Part shown: piece after piece, positions 27,032-40,941 of the stretch
Layout of the letters: the number at the start of each line of letters is the position of its first letter
Position numbering within the stretch: position 1 is the stretch's first letter
Source of the DNA: the human T2T-CHM13v2.0 reference genome, Homo sapiens
Strand: one strand, 5' to 3'
NCBI RefSeq assembly: GCF_009914755.1
Contig: NC_060934.1
Length of the DNA: 64,000 nt
Program-made: the position numbers and the translations under genes
The notes under the pieces: model-generated
Databases searched by the model: none
Told to the model about the DNA's origin: nothing
What the model saw: only the letters and a program-made list of their open reading frames with translations

Positions 27032-30000
27032 TCTACTTAATTGAAGTTATGGGTTTTGAATGGAATCCAAAAGGCGACTACTGAAGTAGTTATATCAGTG
27101 TTTAGAACTCTTGCTGTTCTTGTCTTTTCTCTTGTTGGTTAAGTTGTTTCAATAATATATTTCCAGAATGAAATATAGTTATAAAGCATTTACCCTCTGG
27201 GCTTTATGTTAATTCTGCAGTAAGAAAGATAAATATTTATTAAACAGGAACTGTGCACATGACACCAACGTTGCAATTTGGATGTTCCTCTTTAAGATAG
27301 GTTGAACTCCTTCCTAATGTGGATAATCACAAAAACATTTAAATGCACATTGCCACAAAATTTATATAGCAATTAGGTTTCTAAAAACATATATGGTAAC
27401 AGTATGAAAAATTGGAAAAATTACCATTTTTACAGTAGCAGCCCAATTAAGATATTTGGATTCAATAAGGGATACTAGAATAGCACAATGCACATTTTTG
27501 CAGCTCAATATTTATTTCTAAAATGAATTAACAAATGAGATGAACAAATGGATTGCATTGTGGTGAATCATGTTTAATTATAATTAAGCAATAATTTTAC
27601 ATGAACCATAACCAGTAAAATATTTCATGAGAAGCGATGTTGCAAACAGCATGTACTGTGCTGACATTAGCCAACTCACTAGGTACAGCTATGTTAATTT
27701 TTTTAGCTTTTAATCTTGATATTTTTATATTAGTCTACCTATTCTTTTAAGACAAGGAGGTCTTTTACTTCTACATTTACAGAAACTAATGTAGAAAGTA
27801 TAATTTCCTAGTTGTTAAAAAAGATTATTATCGAAACAAACTAATAAGCAGAAATTTTACACAAACATACTAGTTTTAGATATTTAAACTATGATGATTA
27901 TGTTTTTATATTAAGTTTTCATTATCTTTTAAAGTGAGCTTCTAGTATGAAGACAATGTTAATAGTTTGGGTAAAGCATATCCACGTTTCTACTTTATTT
28001 ACATATCAACATTTAAAATGAATTTAAAAGTTAATGTTATTACTTCTAGAAAACATATATTACAGTCAAAGTAGGCCTTGTTTTGAGAGTAAGAATGACA
28101 TGTCAGATGAATTTCTTAATTTTCTCAGTGTAAGCTAAAAATATCTCATTTGTTAGAAAACAAATTTTAAATGTCTAAATTTTGCCTTTACTGTAAGGAA
28201 ACATTCTTCTCTGTCTGGTCTTTTTGGCTTTCCTGTAACAGCCTGGTGGTTCTGGCCATGAAATAAAGCCATGTGACTTCTGTTAGGATTCATCCACTAA
28301 ATCATGAGATTGTGGAAAGAGTTCCAGCTCTTGCTCCTGTTTCCAGTGGCGAATCCTGCCTCTAATTGCTCTGACCTTTTCTTGACTGTCAACTATTTAA
28401 ATCATACACTAAACTTTGTATAAATTTATGTAAGTTTAATGTAGTCACTGCATTGTCTGATATCTTTATAATAAGTTTTAAAATTCTGTGTGGTGTAGAG
28501 AAAGTCATTATCGTATTTTGACATGAAACTAATGAAATAACTTAGATTTTTAAAGCATAGTTGATTCACAGAGAAAATGAAGACATCATCAGGCTTTCTA
28601 CAGCCAATAAAATGCCACAACACATAAACTTATGTGAAGTTTGGACATAATGTTTCATAACGTTTGAGTACATATCATCTCCAATCCCATGCCTCTCATC
28701 GTATTTGTTAAGAATTGATACGGTGTGCAGATACCTTTAAATAGACTTCATTTCATTAGCTCTGTAGGAAATATGAATCACCAATGAGAATTTTTCTTGT
28801 CAGAGAATCTAAGAAGTTGGTCATAAATATCCTCAACCTCCAGCCCGCATATTGGACCAGTCATGTGACAGGAAGTCTATAAGAAAGAATATTTATCAAA
28901 CTTCTTTCAAACAGATGCAGAATCTAATTAAAACAGAAAGAGGGTTAGCTATTTTTTACGTTTTCTCGTGAAAAAATTGTTAGAATGCTTTGAACTAAAA
29001 AGCATGATAGTTCTGATGAATTATTACACTGATCATTGTATTTTCTTGAAAATGAAACAGTGTCCTTGCGTAGTTTCCAATAAATATCAAAAGACAACTT
29101 TTTCTATCATCTGGATATTTCTTTTTCAAAGTAGAATCCTCTACCAGCTGCTTCAAATGGAGTCATCCTTTTCTTCTGTGTCCTTGTTGTTCTAAATGGC
29201 CCTTTTTCCCTCTGGCCTCTATTGAAAGTTCCTCTATATCACTAGCATTCCCCAAACCAAATAGTGTTTCTAAAGCATTTCCATTTCAATAAGTGTCTCC
29301 ATCCACTCACTGACACATTGTTTTAGATTGTATAACCTCAACCTTGGAAGTCAAATGCAAGCATCATCACTCCTCTTAGTTCTGTTTATGAGACTTAGAA
29401 CAGTATATAGAGGAAAAAATATGTTGGGCTTACAGAACTTATTTTTCACAAAGCTGTGGTACACATATTTGCTGCAGATAGGAGAGCAAAATCCATGCAG
29501 ACTAGTTCTTGAGTTTCACTCAACATGGAGTTCACATACATGCAAGTAAAAACACGAGTATTACTAAAAAATATCAATTTACACATGCCAGAAAACTGGG
29601 AAACACTGTTTAACAAAGGAAGCACAATTATACTCCTTATATCAGGCTCAAAACTATTTACTTCTGATTAGTTTTTGAATGTATACTGTTTCTTGGACTT
29701 GAATAAAATAAGCATGCTGTCTTGGTTGCAGTGTTCATAGTATCCTAATATCAGGGAATGAGGACAAATGAAGAAGTTGAGGAAACCATGAACATTTCCA
29801 CCCATGAATAAAATCACTGATTTGACTGGCCATAGGTCTTTTATTTACGTTTGTTTTTTCACAGTATTTTGATTTTTCATGGTCAGGTTGGCCTCAAAGC
29901 CCTCCCACTAATTAAGGCTGATTTGAAGGAATGAACCATTCCCAGTTAACCTGTGGCCCCTTAGTAATTAGCTCAGTACCTAGCAGCCAAGACGTATTCA

Positions 30001-31439
30001 ATAAGTACATGCTGATTCCATGAACAAAACAGAACCTTAATTCTTTTAAAATGACTTTTTCTAAAACAATGGTTAGGGCCTCCATATTACAAGAAAATTT
30101 TTATCTTTTTTATTGTAAAGCATATCCTATAACATGTACACGTGATATGTGAACTCTGTTCATTTATTTATAAGCATCAGAGTTTTGAAAAGCCTGCTTT
30201 TAGAGTTTCAAAACATCTTCAGCCAGACTTCCTTTGGCACACAACCTTGGTGTCTGCGTTTGGATGCGGTCCTTCAATTTCTCCACACACCCTCAAAACA
30301 GCAGAGCCCTCAGCTCATTGCTGCTTCAATCAGCTGCCTGTGTCGCAGAAGCTGAGCCGGCACACACGGTGGACGCTGGCAGATAAAACACGAAATTGCT
30401 AAAGGAGCCATGACAGATGGGAGAAATACCTCTAAACCCAAATCATGAGGGTTATCAGAGCATGACACACCAACAGGAACCAAGCACCAAGAATGCAGTA
30501 GCTATAAAATCTCAGTCCGCTCATTGCAAGCCAGGTAGACATATATTTCAGTCCATAAGTAAAACTGTTAAATTAATACGAAGCAAAGATGAGACACAGT
30601 TAGCAGAATTATCTTGAATTTATTAACCTTATGTTTAAGGAATGGATGAATGAATTCAAAAAGGCATGAGATATCAGAAAAAAAAATTGAGTCCTGTCAT
30701 ATAAGCATTTAATATATACCCAGCATGTAGAATGTAATACTATCTATGCGAAGTGTTATTATGTGATCACTTTTAATCTTTTCTGTAACTAAAAAGTCTG
30801 TAACCTTGCATGAAAATGATACAGACAATATTAGAATAACACATATCCTGCTGGCAGGGAGAGACACTTGGAGCTCACAACCACCCCTAAACCATCACTC
30901 AAAATCTTATTGTTATCCTAAAGGCAGAGTGGCTTCAATGTCCAATTATCCACATGTAAAATTATCTCATTCCCTCTCCAGTTCAAACTTTGATGTGCCA
31001 AAAGAATTCTCCACAGAGTGCAATACTCTAAATGTGGTATATTGATGATGTTGTAGGGGCTATTTATGGTTTTGTAAAGGGTTATTTTTACTCTCAACCA
31101 TCTTCTACCCATGTGCTGACCTTAAAATGTAACCTTTTTTAAAAGATAGAAAATAATTGTGTTTTTAAAAAGGCCCAATCACGCCATCAACAATGAAAGT
31201 CACAAGAATGAAAGTCAACTATTTTTGATTGCTTAATTGACTTTTTATTTCATTTAATTAATTTTGTTAGAAATGTGTCCAACTATAATTTGTACATGAT
31301 CATAAAATGGGTAATTGATAATACTCTTATAACTTAATTTTGACAAACATACATTGGAGTTGGTAAGCTTATCTCCTATGGAATTGTAGAATTATATCTC
31401 TTAATATAATTTTGATACAGTGTTTATACATAGCATATA

Positions 31440-31575
31440 AAGCATTCTACATAAGTTGCATAGTTTTTAGTTGTTTCATGTGTAAATAAGAGTAAAAATA
31501 CTTATATCACAGAAAGTTGTGAGACTCAAATAAGAAAAAAATTACAACTAGATGCATATGTTCGAAAACTTTGAT
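31440..31575 (+). mobile_element. MIR fragment
   Basis: catgtgtaaataagagtaaaaatactt...tcacagaaagttgtgagactcaaataaga. Confidence 0.45.
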
Positions 31576-31685
31576 ATCCCACTCCCTTGCTTTTTTTAGT
31601 TGAGGGATGTGTATTGAGAGTCTGTGCAGACTAACTCATTCTAGAATAGCATAACGTGAAAAGACAACAAAAAAGTAGCTTTTCT

Positions 31686-31950
31686 AATAACAACTACTAT
31701 CAATAGAATGCTTACATTTTTAACCAGTCACTGTTCCAAATGTTTTACATTAAATTGCCTTTTTAACCCTCAAAGTATCTCCATGAAATCGGTGTTAATC
31801 CTGTCCTCATTTCACAGCGCAGGCAAAGGAGGTGCCAAGAAGAGAAAAGGTGAGCCCACAGTTACAGAGCTGGTGAGCTGCAGAAGGTGGATTCCCACCT
31901 AGGATCATGGATGCAGAGCCCACGCTCCTCGCTGCGATGTTATGCTGCCT
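31686..31950 (-). mobile_element. MIR (near full length)
   Basis: gaatgcttac...cactgttccaaatgttttaca...cctcatttcacag...cagagctggtgag...cagagcccacgctc...atgctgcct. Confidence 0.8.
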
Positions 31951-32899
31951 TCGTGTCCAAGATAAGTAAAATAATCTCTGTTTCAAAATGTTGAAAAGAG
32001 TTACAAGTCTCAGAATCAATGTTCCCTTCCCCATAGTCCACCATTCCATCATGATCCCTTTTGTAGTAAACCGTGTAGCATGACTCACAGTTACAATCAT
32101 GCCATAGATTCAGCAAGATCAAAGCATTGCAGGAATTCTGAAGCTCCGCAGAAATGTAATCCCTTCCGAGAGAGATGGCCGTAGCTGGACCAGACATTCA
32201 AGCAATCCTGCTGTGAAAAAATGACAAATGATTACTTTGGACATGGGGGGAAATACCTTTAGCTCAGTCTAGGCTTCCCAAGTATAGACAGAGTATAGAT
32301 TAAACCTCCAAGTCTATCCCACACTCTATACAAGGGAAAGGCTTATACCTTCGGCTTTTCCACTTAGACAAGATGAAGAGCTAAGTTAATACAGCTGGAA
32401 GTTAAGCCATTTGTTCCAGATGGTGCAGATATTTCAAACTCGGTGTTCCTAAGGCGATGGTAACACACGGAATTTTATTCTGGTAGAAGCAATAATGTGT
32501 GTGAGAGTGTGATGTTTACTCGTCTGGTATATGAACAAAAAGCACATCTATTTAAGTAAATATCTGTGTTCACAAAGCAGAATACAGAAATGGGGTAATT
32601 ACCTGCATAGTCAAGCTTAAAAAATATGCCTTTGACTCAAAAATCTGATGATTTTGAGCTCATTTTTTGCTTTAATAATCTGTTTAATTGCTTTACTTAT
32701 GGATTTCACTTCTATGTAGAAAAAGCCTTAAGAAACAATTTGCTTGCAGGCACATCTTGGAGATATTGCAGGTTCGTTTCTAGGTCATTATAATAAATAT
32801 TGCAAAGAAGTTAGTAACACAATTTTTTTGATTTTACGAGTACATACAAAACTTATTTTTTTACACTATACTGTGGCCTAAGTTTGCAATCGCATTATG

Positions 32900-32901
<2 letters not shown>

Positions 32902-32955
<54 letters not shown>
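32902..32955. repeat. pure poly(A)54
   Basis: 54 uninterrupted A, counted directly. Confidence 0.95.
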
Positions 32956-32957
<2 letters not shown>

Positions 32958-32989
32958 GCATGCCTTAACTTAAAAATACTTTATTGCTG

Positions 32990-34153
32990 AAAAATGTTAA
33001 CAAATATCTGAACCTTCAGTGAGTCATAATTTTTTGCTGATGAAGGGTCTTGCCTCAATGCTGATGGCTGCTGAAGGTTGGAGTAGCTGTGACAATTTCT
33101 TAAATAAGACAACAATGAAGTTTGCTGGCTCAATGGACACTTCCTGTCATGAAAGATTTCTCTGTAGCAGAAGATGCTGCTTGATAGCATTTACCCACGG
33201 TAGAGCCTCTTTCAAAATTGGAGTGAAGCCTCTCCAGTCCTGGGGCTGCATTATCAATTAAGTTTATAGAATATTCAAAATCCTTTGCTGTCATTTCAAC
33301 AATGTGCACGGCATCTTTACCAGGAGAAGTTTTCATCTCAAGTGAGTTTCTTTACTCAGCCATAAAAAGCCGCTCCTCATCCATTCAAGTTTTCTCCTGA
33401 GAGAGCAGCAATCCAGTTACATCCTCAGCCTCCACTTGTGATTCCAATCCTCTTGCTATTTCCACCACATCTGCAGTTACTTCTTCCACTGGAGTCTTGA
33501 ACCCTTCAAAGTCACCCATGAGGGTTGTAATCAACTTCTTTCAAATGTCCGTTAATGTTGATATATTGATCTTCCCCCACCAATCAGAATTTTCTCAATT
33601 TCTCATGCAGAATGGTAAATCCTTTCCAGGTTTTCAATTTACTTCGCTTGGACCCATCAGAGGAATCACTGTCTATAGCAGCTATTGCCTTATAAAAATA
33701 TATTTCTTAAATAATTAAACTTAAAAGTTGAAATTACTCCTAGATCCTTGATCAATGAGCTAAAGAATGGATATTGCATTAGCCGACATGAAGACAGTGT
33801 TAAGCTCTTGGCTGACCAAGTGAGTTTTCAGTGAGCAGTAATACTTTTAAAATAATCTTTTTCTTTTTTTTTTCTTGAGTAGTAGGCTTCAACAATGGAT
33901 TTAAAACATTCTGTAAGCCATGCTGTACACAGAGGCACTGTCATCCAGGGGTGTTGCTCTATTTACAGCACACAGGCAGAGTAGATTTAGCATAACTCTT
34001 CAGGGCCTTAGGGTTTTTGGAACACTCAATGGGCATTGGAGTCAACTGAAAGTCACCAGCCGCATTAGCCCTACCAGAAGATTTTGATTCTAGATTTTGG
34101 TTTAAAGTGAGAGATATGCAACTCTTCCTTTCACTCAGACACTTAGAAGCCAT
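32990..34153 (-). pseudogene. decayed Tigger1 (pogo-family DDE) transposase
   Basis: Peptide fragments in ORFs 33959-34327, 33130-33336 ([17 protein letters not shown]...[11 protein letters not shown]) and 32981-33190, with frameshifts and stops. Confidence 0.85.
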
Positions 34154-35684
34154 TTTGGGGTTCCTAATTTGCCTAGTTGCAATACTGTTGTGTCTCAGAA
34201 AATAGGGAGGCGTGAGGAGAAGGAGAAAGACCAGGGAACTGCCCATCGGTAGAGAAGTCAGAACACACAACACTTTGATGAAGATCACTGTCTTCTGTGG
34301 GTGTCGTTTGTGGTGCCTCCAAAACAATTACAATAGTGACATCAAAGATCACTCATCATAGATCAGAGATATATAATAATATTATTGCATTATTAAAAGT
34401 ATAATAATAAAAACGTTTAAAAAATTGTAAGTTACCAAAATGTGACACAGATACACGAAGTGAGCACCTGCTGTTGGAAAAATGGTTGCAAGAGACTTGT
34501 TCCACAACACAAAACTTCAGTTTGTAAAGAACTCCCATAATCTGCAAGATGTGATAAAGCGAAAACAGTAAAACGGGTTGTGCCTGTACTTGGTATGTGT
34601 GTGTATGTTGAATTATAGATGTGGCCCTATACCATGTATTGTGTGTAGCCTGAGAACCAGGGCGAGAATCTCAAGGAAGGCAGTGAGCTCTGGCCATCAG
34701 GGCTGTGGGTCCTGGGAACATGACCGCACACCTGCAGAAGGCTGCCATGCCACCCCATATGGCTTTGTGACAGCCGCCGCTGGACCCGATATAATTTCTT
34801 CTTGTGATCAGGAGCATATGGCTGTCACCACTGTTGAAAACTCACAGGCATCCTGTGCATGCCCACAATCCTCTCTGGCCTCCTCCCAGGCCCTGTGCCC
34901 TGCTGAGCAGTTTTACCTCCATGTAGGACTCTTGAGTTGCTGCCCCCTTCACCTCTCTCAGAGGCAGGACAGGGCCTGGATGGGGCCACCCACCCTCCTG
35001 CATACCCCCAGGCTCTCAGTGTGTGTAGTCTCTGCACTCTGAGCCCAGAAGCCACCATGTGAGTGTAAGCACACTCCTCCAGTGAAGGAGCTGACTGCAA
35101 GAGCACAGTGCTGACCCCTAAAAGTGTCTCCTCATGGGAGAAGCATGCGATGATGTTCACAGCTCTGACTCCTGCCTTCCTCATTGGCCAACAATTGTAA
35201 ACTTGACAAATAACTGTGGCCCTCTTAGGTCAGATGTTTTATAAATTGTATGCTAAAATGAATATGAAAACAACACCTGATTTACAACATGACTTTGATC
35301 ATTTATCCAAGTAAAATAATACTTAGGGAGTAACTTACAAACTCTAGCCAGAGCATGTGTTGACACAGAGATGCAGACTTTAGTGCAGGGTCATATTCCT
35401 ATACAGAGCACAGGGACGACAATCCTACAGCTGGGGAAAAAGCAGTTTCAAAGAAGGAATGAAATAAGAAGGGTGTCTCCTATGTTGAAATCAAGGGAGT
35501 GAATGTTGATTTTAATGCCTGGTTTGTAAACGCTTGGGAAAGGGATTACTACAGGCCAGTTTTGATTCATACTATGTCATGCCTGAAAAAAAAAACTCAT
35601 TTTTTTAATTACCTGAGACTTTATAGATCTGAGGAATGAGTAGATATCATGCACCTCTATTTCTGCTAGGAAAGAAAGAGATGT

Positions 35685-35880
35685 ATTTATTCATTTATCC
35701 ATTAATAATTGTATTCGGTTTATGAATAAAAAATGTTTTTTGAGTGTCGCTTGAGTGCCAGGCACCATTCTAGGCCTGTAGATGCAGGGAGGGAAGAAAA
35801 CAAGGCCCTAGCTCATAAGAGGATATGACTATAGACAAAATAATCAAACAATGTATATAAGTCAAATGGTGACGAGCACT
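35685..35880 (-). mobile_element. L2 3' end
   Basis: tcatttatccatt...ttgagtg...gtgccaggcaccattctaggc. Confidence 0.7.
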
Positions 35881-36624
35881 CCTCAGGCCTGCTTTGTTTG
35901 TGTCATTTTCTGATGGCTGCGTGACTCTGCCGCCAGCCTGTGGGGGCCTCCTTCACGCCTTCTTCACAGGCTGCTAGTCTAGTCCACTCTTCATGCATTT
36001 TGTCTTTAGTTCAATGGAGAATTTTACTTTTTTGGTGAAGTAACAAGAAAGGAAATATTCTCCATAATAAATGAAAACTGTTATTCAACAAGAGGTGATG
36101 CAGAAGTGTAAATGGAAAGCCAGCCATTAGATCACAAGCAGAGCAGCTCAAGCCAAGCTTGGTCAGGAGGCCGGGAGCTGGAGGGAATTGGGCTTAATGT
36201 GGTTTAACGTTGCAAGTAAGGTCCTGAGTCTGGTTACCTGCCCCTGCCGGGCACTGCCATCCACTCAATGGGTGTACAAGCATGTCTGGAGTCCTTAATT
36301 TCTGAAGACTGCACTTTAAGGGACTAGAAGCAGACTGGTGGCTCCTATGCAGAGTGACTCAGTGAACCGAGTGAACACTGTCAAGGTAACCGGAGCCCTT
36401 TGTGCCCGCTGCAGAGGAACTTCGGTTTCATCAGGAGGACATGAAGAGGCGCAAAAGCTTTTGGACATCTCACAGGGAGATGGTCCCTATGTCCTCTCTT
36501 ACAGATGCACATGGACAGCCTCACCCTCCCTCTGGGGCAGCTATTATGCATTCAGTAATGCCCTTTCAGTCCTTAGCCATACTCAAATATGACAGTGAGT
36601 TTCCAACCCTTTTTTCATTCCCCT

Positions 36625-37200
36625 TGTTAAGTGTCAGAATTGCATTTGACTTTATGTAACAGAGAAGTCCCAGATAGCAATAATTTTGAAAGAAAGCAGT
36701 TGGTTTCTCCCTCACAAGAGAAGAAAGCCCATCAGCTAGCAATCTAGATGTCTTACAGGCACTCCATGAAGGCTTAAGGCCTTTCTGCTTTCTGCTTGTC
36801 ATCCCTGTTCTGTGTGGCTCCCATATTCATGGTCCAGTATGGCTGCTGACATCCAGTCATCAAGATAGAATTCCAGGCAGTAGGTGGAGAAAGAGGGAGG
36901 ATCCCTTCCCTGCATAGAATATTCCTGGACTTTTTAACTCCATACTTGACCTGGTTTTGACTCCTGCAAGTCCTCCTTCCTCTGACCCTCCCTGATGGAA
37001 TATCTAGGAGAACACTTCCAACCTGGTCCTTATGCCATCTGAGCCAGCACTGCCAAGAATATTCTCAAACAAAAATGGGTTTCTGTCAATATAAAGAGGA
37101 TCTGTTTTTAAAAATATCCATTGGTTAGGAAGTGGAGGAAAGCTTCATCTACTGATGGAGGTAAATTTGCTGCTTCTGGTGGCATTTTAGCAACATCTGT
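36625..37200 (-). mobile_element. MLT1J/K-like MaLR LTR
   Basis: gtcagaattgcatttgactttatgtaacagaga...catggtccagtatggctgctg...ttccaggcag. Confidence 0.6.
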
Positions 37201-40200
37201 AAGAAGACTTCAGTGAGGAGAAGCAGACATCAGTACCTCCCAAGTCCATCTGATCCTTAGTTCTTGTTTCTTTCATGTCAGCAGTAGGCACATTGGTGCC
37301 ATGGTTTTCAGATGCTAGAACAGTGGTTTGGAGATTGATAGTATTCTTGCAGATAGGAAGGGCAAAAGCTCACGCTGGAATGCCTGGACTGGAAAATTCA
37401 CATGAAGCTTTTTGCAAAACTTTTTAGATACATGAACTTTTAGAAAAACATATGTCATTTTTCTGATTGCAAATGTAGACTGATTGTGCATATATACCCA
37501 TAAATTTTGCTAATGGTGTGGGGATCATTTCAGTCCAGTCCTATAGTTTGCTGGATTATAATTCAATGTCTGCTTTGTGTTTGTTGGGACATTTTTATTG
37601 GCTGCGCAAATTTCGACAAGTCACCTAGTAGCTATGACTGTGATTGCAGTTTACTTGAGAATAGACTGGGGATGATGACCCCGGCATCCCGCAGAAACAC
37701 CTTAAGGATTTAACGTTTTACCTGCATCTACGTTAAAACGCACAGTATCTCTCAGATATGTATGTGTATGATCGCCAGATGGGAGCTATCCGTATCTTTC
37801 TGAAACAGTCACTGGCGCTGTTGCTGTGTGAGTACAATTGCCTTCATACTCATTACTGTCTGCTCATTGCTGATCACTGTAAAACTGAAAGAATGTCTCC
37901 AAACATTCTGCTTTGAAATATAACTCAATTTATTTCAAAATGTTATTTTCACTCCAAAATAATGTCCTTTGTTTTATTAACTTCATTTTTTTCCCAGCAC
38001 ATAAACTCATTTGCTTTTCATATTTTATATTCACAAGCATTTCTTTGTATTATCCATTAATTAGCAGAGCACTACATATGTTTTAGAAGGATGCTATTTG
38101 TGGACAAAATAGTAAGGTTACTATTTTTTTTCCCCTTTCTAAATAAAAAATATATATATTCTTTAAATCTTTCTGTTTGCAGCCAACTCCTGAGGACATC
38201 TGTAAGATTTCTGCTTACTGTTGAAGATAAATTTTTCAGTTAGTATGTCTTCTTTGTAATTCAATTACTTCCTGTTTCAATGCCAACTTTGTTAGATTAT
38301 GATCAGTTTTTATGTATACAATGCCAATTGCCAGCTATTGAGATCCTAGACATGGTATAAATATTTAACATTAATAATAATACATTTTTCCTTGTCCTGT
38401 GAAGTATGATAAACATCTTTACTATTTTTATCATGCAGGTAGAAATTTACTTTAAAAATTATAGTCACTTATTTCATTTGACCCACTTTTTAAGAAGCCA
38501 TTGATATCCTCAGGGCATTTTTTTTTTCATTCCACTTCCCTCAAAAGGCATTGTGTCTATTAAGGAGAACTACTTCTCAGTATCTAACTGAATCTCACTT
38601 CCACAAAGTTCCTCTTATTTAGCAAAACATCAAGTCTTTTCTGTGTAATTTACATTCGGCAATGATGTTTACGCCACATTTTTTGTTTATACAGAGCTAC
38701 AATGCTATAAAATAGAGACCTAGGAGAGTCAATTTATTGCAAAAACATAAGTTAAAAAAATAAAAAAAACTATTAATCAGTCCATCCCCACAAATCGATG
38801 ATGAAAGAGGAGCCTCTGTTCCTTTTCACAACTGCAGAGAGCTCCGGAATTGGACTCCAAGGTAATTGCTTGACTCCCAGAGAGTCCTTCCCCTTCACAC
38901 TGATGCTTTATAGATGACTATTGAACTGTTCCTGGAACACGACAAATCTAAATTAACCTGAAATACAACAGGGATTTCAGGAGTTAGATCACGAGTCCAG
39001 AGAAGAATTTGAAAATATCTCTATTTCAGGAAGCCTTATCTTAATTATTTTTCTTATCAATGTAAGCATAACATTTTCAAACGGTGCATGATAAGCCTAA
39101 GACTTAAATACATATCAGCCTGCTGCCATATCCCTCTAGCTCCCACCACAAAATTCTAGACACACACCTCAACCTCCCACCCTTGGGACAGAGAGATTTC
39201 TTTAACTGGCGTTTTTTGTTTCTATGAATGCTATTTATTGATTCTATCACCATACGTTTGCCATAAAATGATCAGGGTTGTTCTTTTACAATGAAATACT
39301 TCTTTCTGTAAAGCAGTATTTCATTGTAAAAGAACTGGCTAAAACAATGGGTTGGAAAAAGAAAACATAATTCAATTTACTGTTTGGCTCATTGATAAAA
39401 CACAAAACATGCAAATAATGACTATCAAAACAAAATGAAACAAAACAAACAAAGGAAAAAATAACAGCAAACACGGGTTTATTATCTTCCTTGGAGAAGG
39501 CAATGCTGTGGAAAATAATGAATTGAATAAATGCAGGAAGACACCCCATCATATAAGGATAAGAAGAAAATGCTAAACAAGTTGATTCACTGAACTGACT
39601 GGTTAGATGAATAAGCTAATTATTGTCACTATGTTTAGACCGACCCAAACGTATTGTTACAAATTCCTAACATTCTGTTCTGTCTAAAAAGAGTGAATAA
39701 ATTTTCTCTTTCCCATGGTTAGTGTATTGGGTGCCAGGTAAAATATTAAACTAAAAATTCTCTTTAATCCCCGACCTTGACACTATGTAATTCAAATGAA
39801 ATGACCTCTTACCAGGTCTATCTTTTCAATTTAAAATAAAGGAATGAGACTCATTCTGTCTCATGTCTTTTAGCCAAATAGAACATACGTAGGGATGGGA
39901 GAGCTCACTGACATATTCAGGAGAAATGGGAAAAATGAGTGTCAAACCCCATATTGAATAGGAATTATGCACAATGAATCTCTGATGACCTGTTGCTTAT
40001 GAGGTTAGTCTTATTACACAAGTGCGGAATTAATACATTTTAGAAATGCAATTTAATTTTTAACTCATGGTTAATAGAAGTAAAAACATGTACTTAAAAA
40101 GATTTCAGCAATATCATAAGATTGATTTTAATTTGGATGCTTATGGTTTCCTCTTCCAAATGAGCATTGAACTGGCATTACATATTAAAATTAATTAATT

Positions 40201-40749
40201 AAAAAGGCTAACAACACCTTAAACAAATTAATAACTCCTAAAATGTCTCTCTACACATAAACATGGAGACACACAGTTGTGGCACGGACTGTCAATTAAA
40301 TAATGCACAGGCAATTGCTGTTGAGTAACAGAAGATTTTTAAATCAGATTAAATAAAACATGAATTACTATTAGAATTACAATTAATTAAACATATAAAA
40401 ATGATACCTGATCTACAAGCTCATTCAATTCTTACAACACTTCCTTAGAGAAGAAGCCAGCTTTGAGGGTACTTATATGCCGTTTTTTTAAAAAATAAAA
40501 TTATCTGAAACACATTTAGACTCACAGGGCTGTTGCAAAGAGAGTACAGAGAACTCCACTAAGCAAACTCAGATTGCCACTGGTGCAATGTCAGAAATTA
40601 AATTGCTGGTTTTATTTGTATTTATTTCACTGATATTTCTGCCAATGTCCATTTTCTGTTCCCGGTCTGGTCCCAGAGCCCACATTACATTTAGATAATA
40701 TGTCTTTTCAGTCTCCTCCGATTCCACCAGTGTCTCTGCTGTGGCCTGA

Positions 40750-40941
40750 ACACTGGGGACTGTTGTGGGGTGTGGGGAGTGGGGAGGGATAGCATTGGGA
40801 GATATACCTAATGCTAGATGACGAGTTAGTGGGTGCAGTGCACCAACATGGCACATGTATACATATGTAACTAACCTGCACATTGTGCACATGTACCCTA
40901 AAACTTGAAGTATAATAATAATTTAAAAAAAAAAAAGAAAG
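40750..40941 (+). mobile_element. L1PA2-type LINE-1, ~190-bp 3' end
   Basis: gggagatatacctaatgctagatgacgagttagtgggtgcag carries GAG rather than the L1HS-Ta ACA, followed by an A tail. Confidence 0.92.

Larger units (their letters stand above)
32747..34586 (-). mobile_element. Tigger1 DNA transposon with both TIRs and an internal deletion
   Basis: TIRs caggcacatcttg / cgggttgtgcctg plus TA. ORF 33959-34327 encodes MASKCLSERKS...ANAAGDFQLTPM...ALKSYAKSTLPV, a Tigger1 transposase remnant. Confidence 0.95.

Noticed and set aside
34578-35042. Longest ORF in the window (154 aa)
   Set aside because: It has a TTG start inside the Tigger1 TIR and no domain similarity, and its length is plausible by chance in GC-rich DNA.
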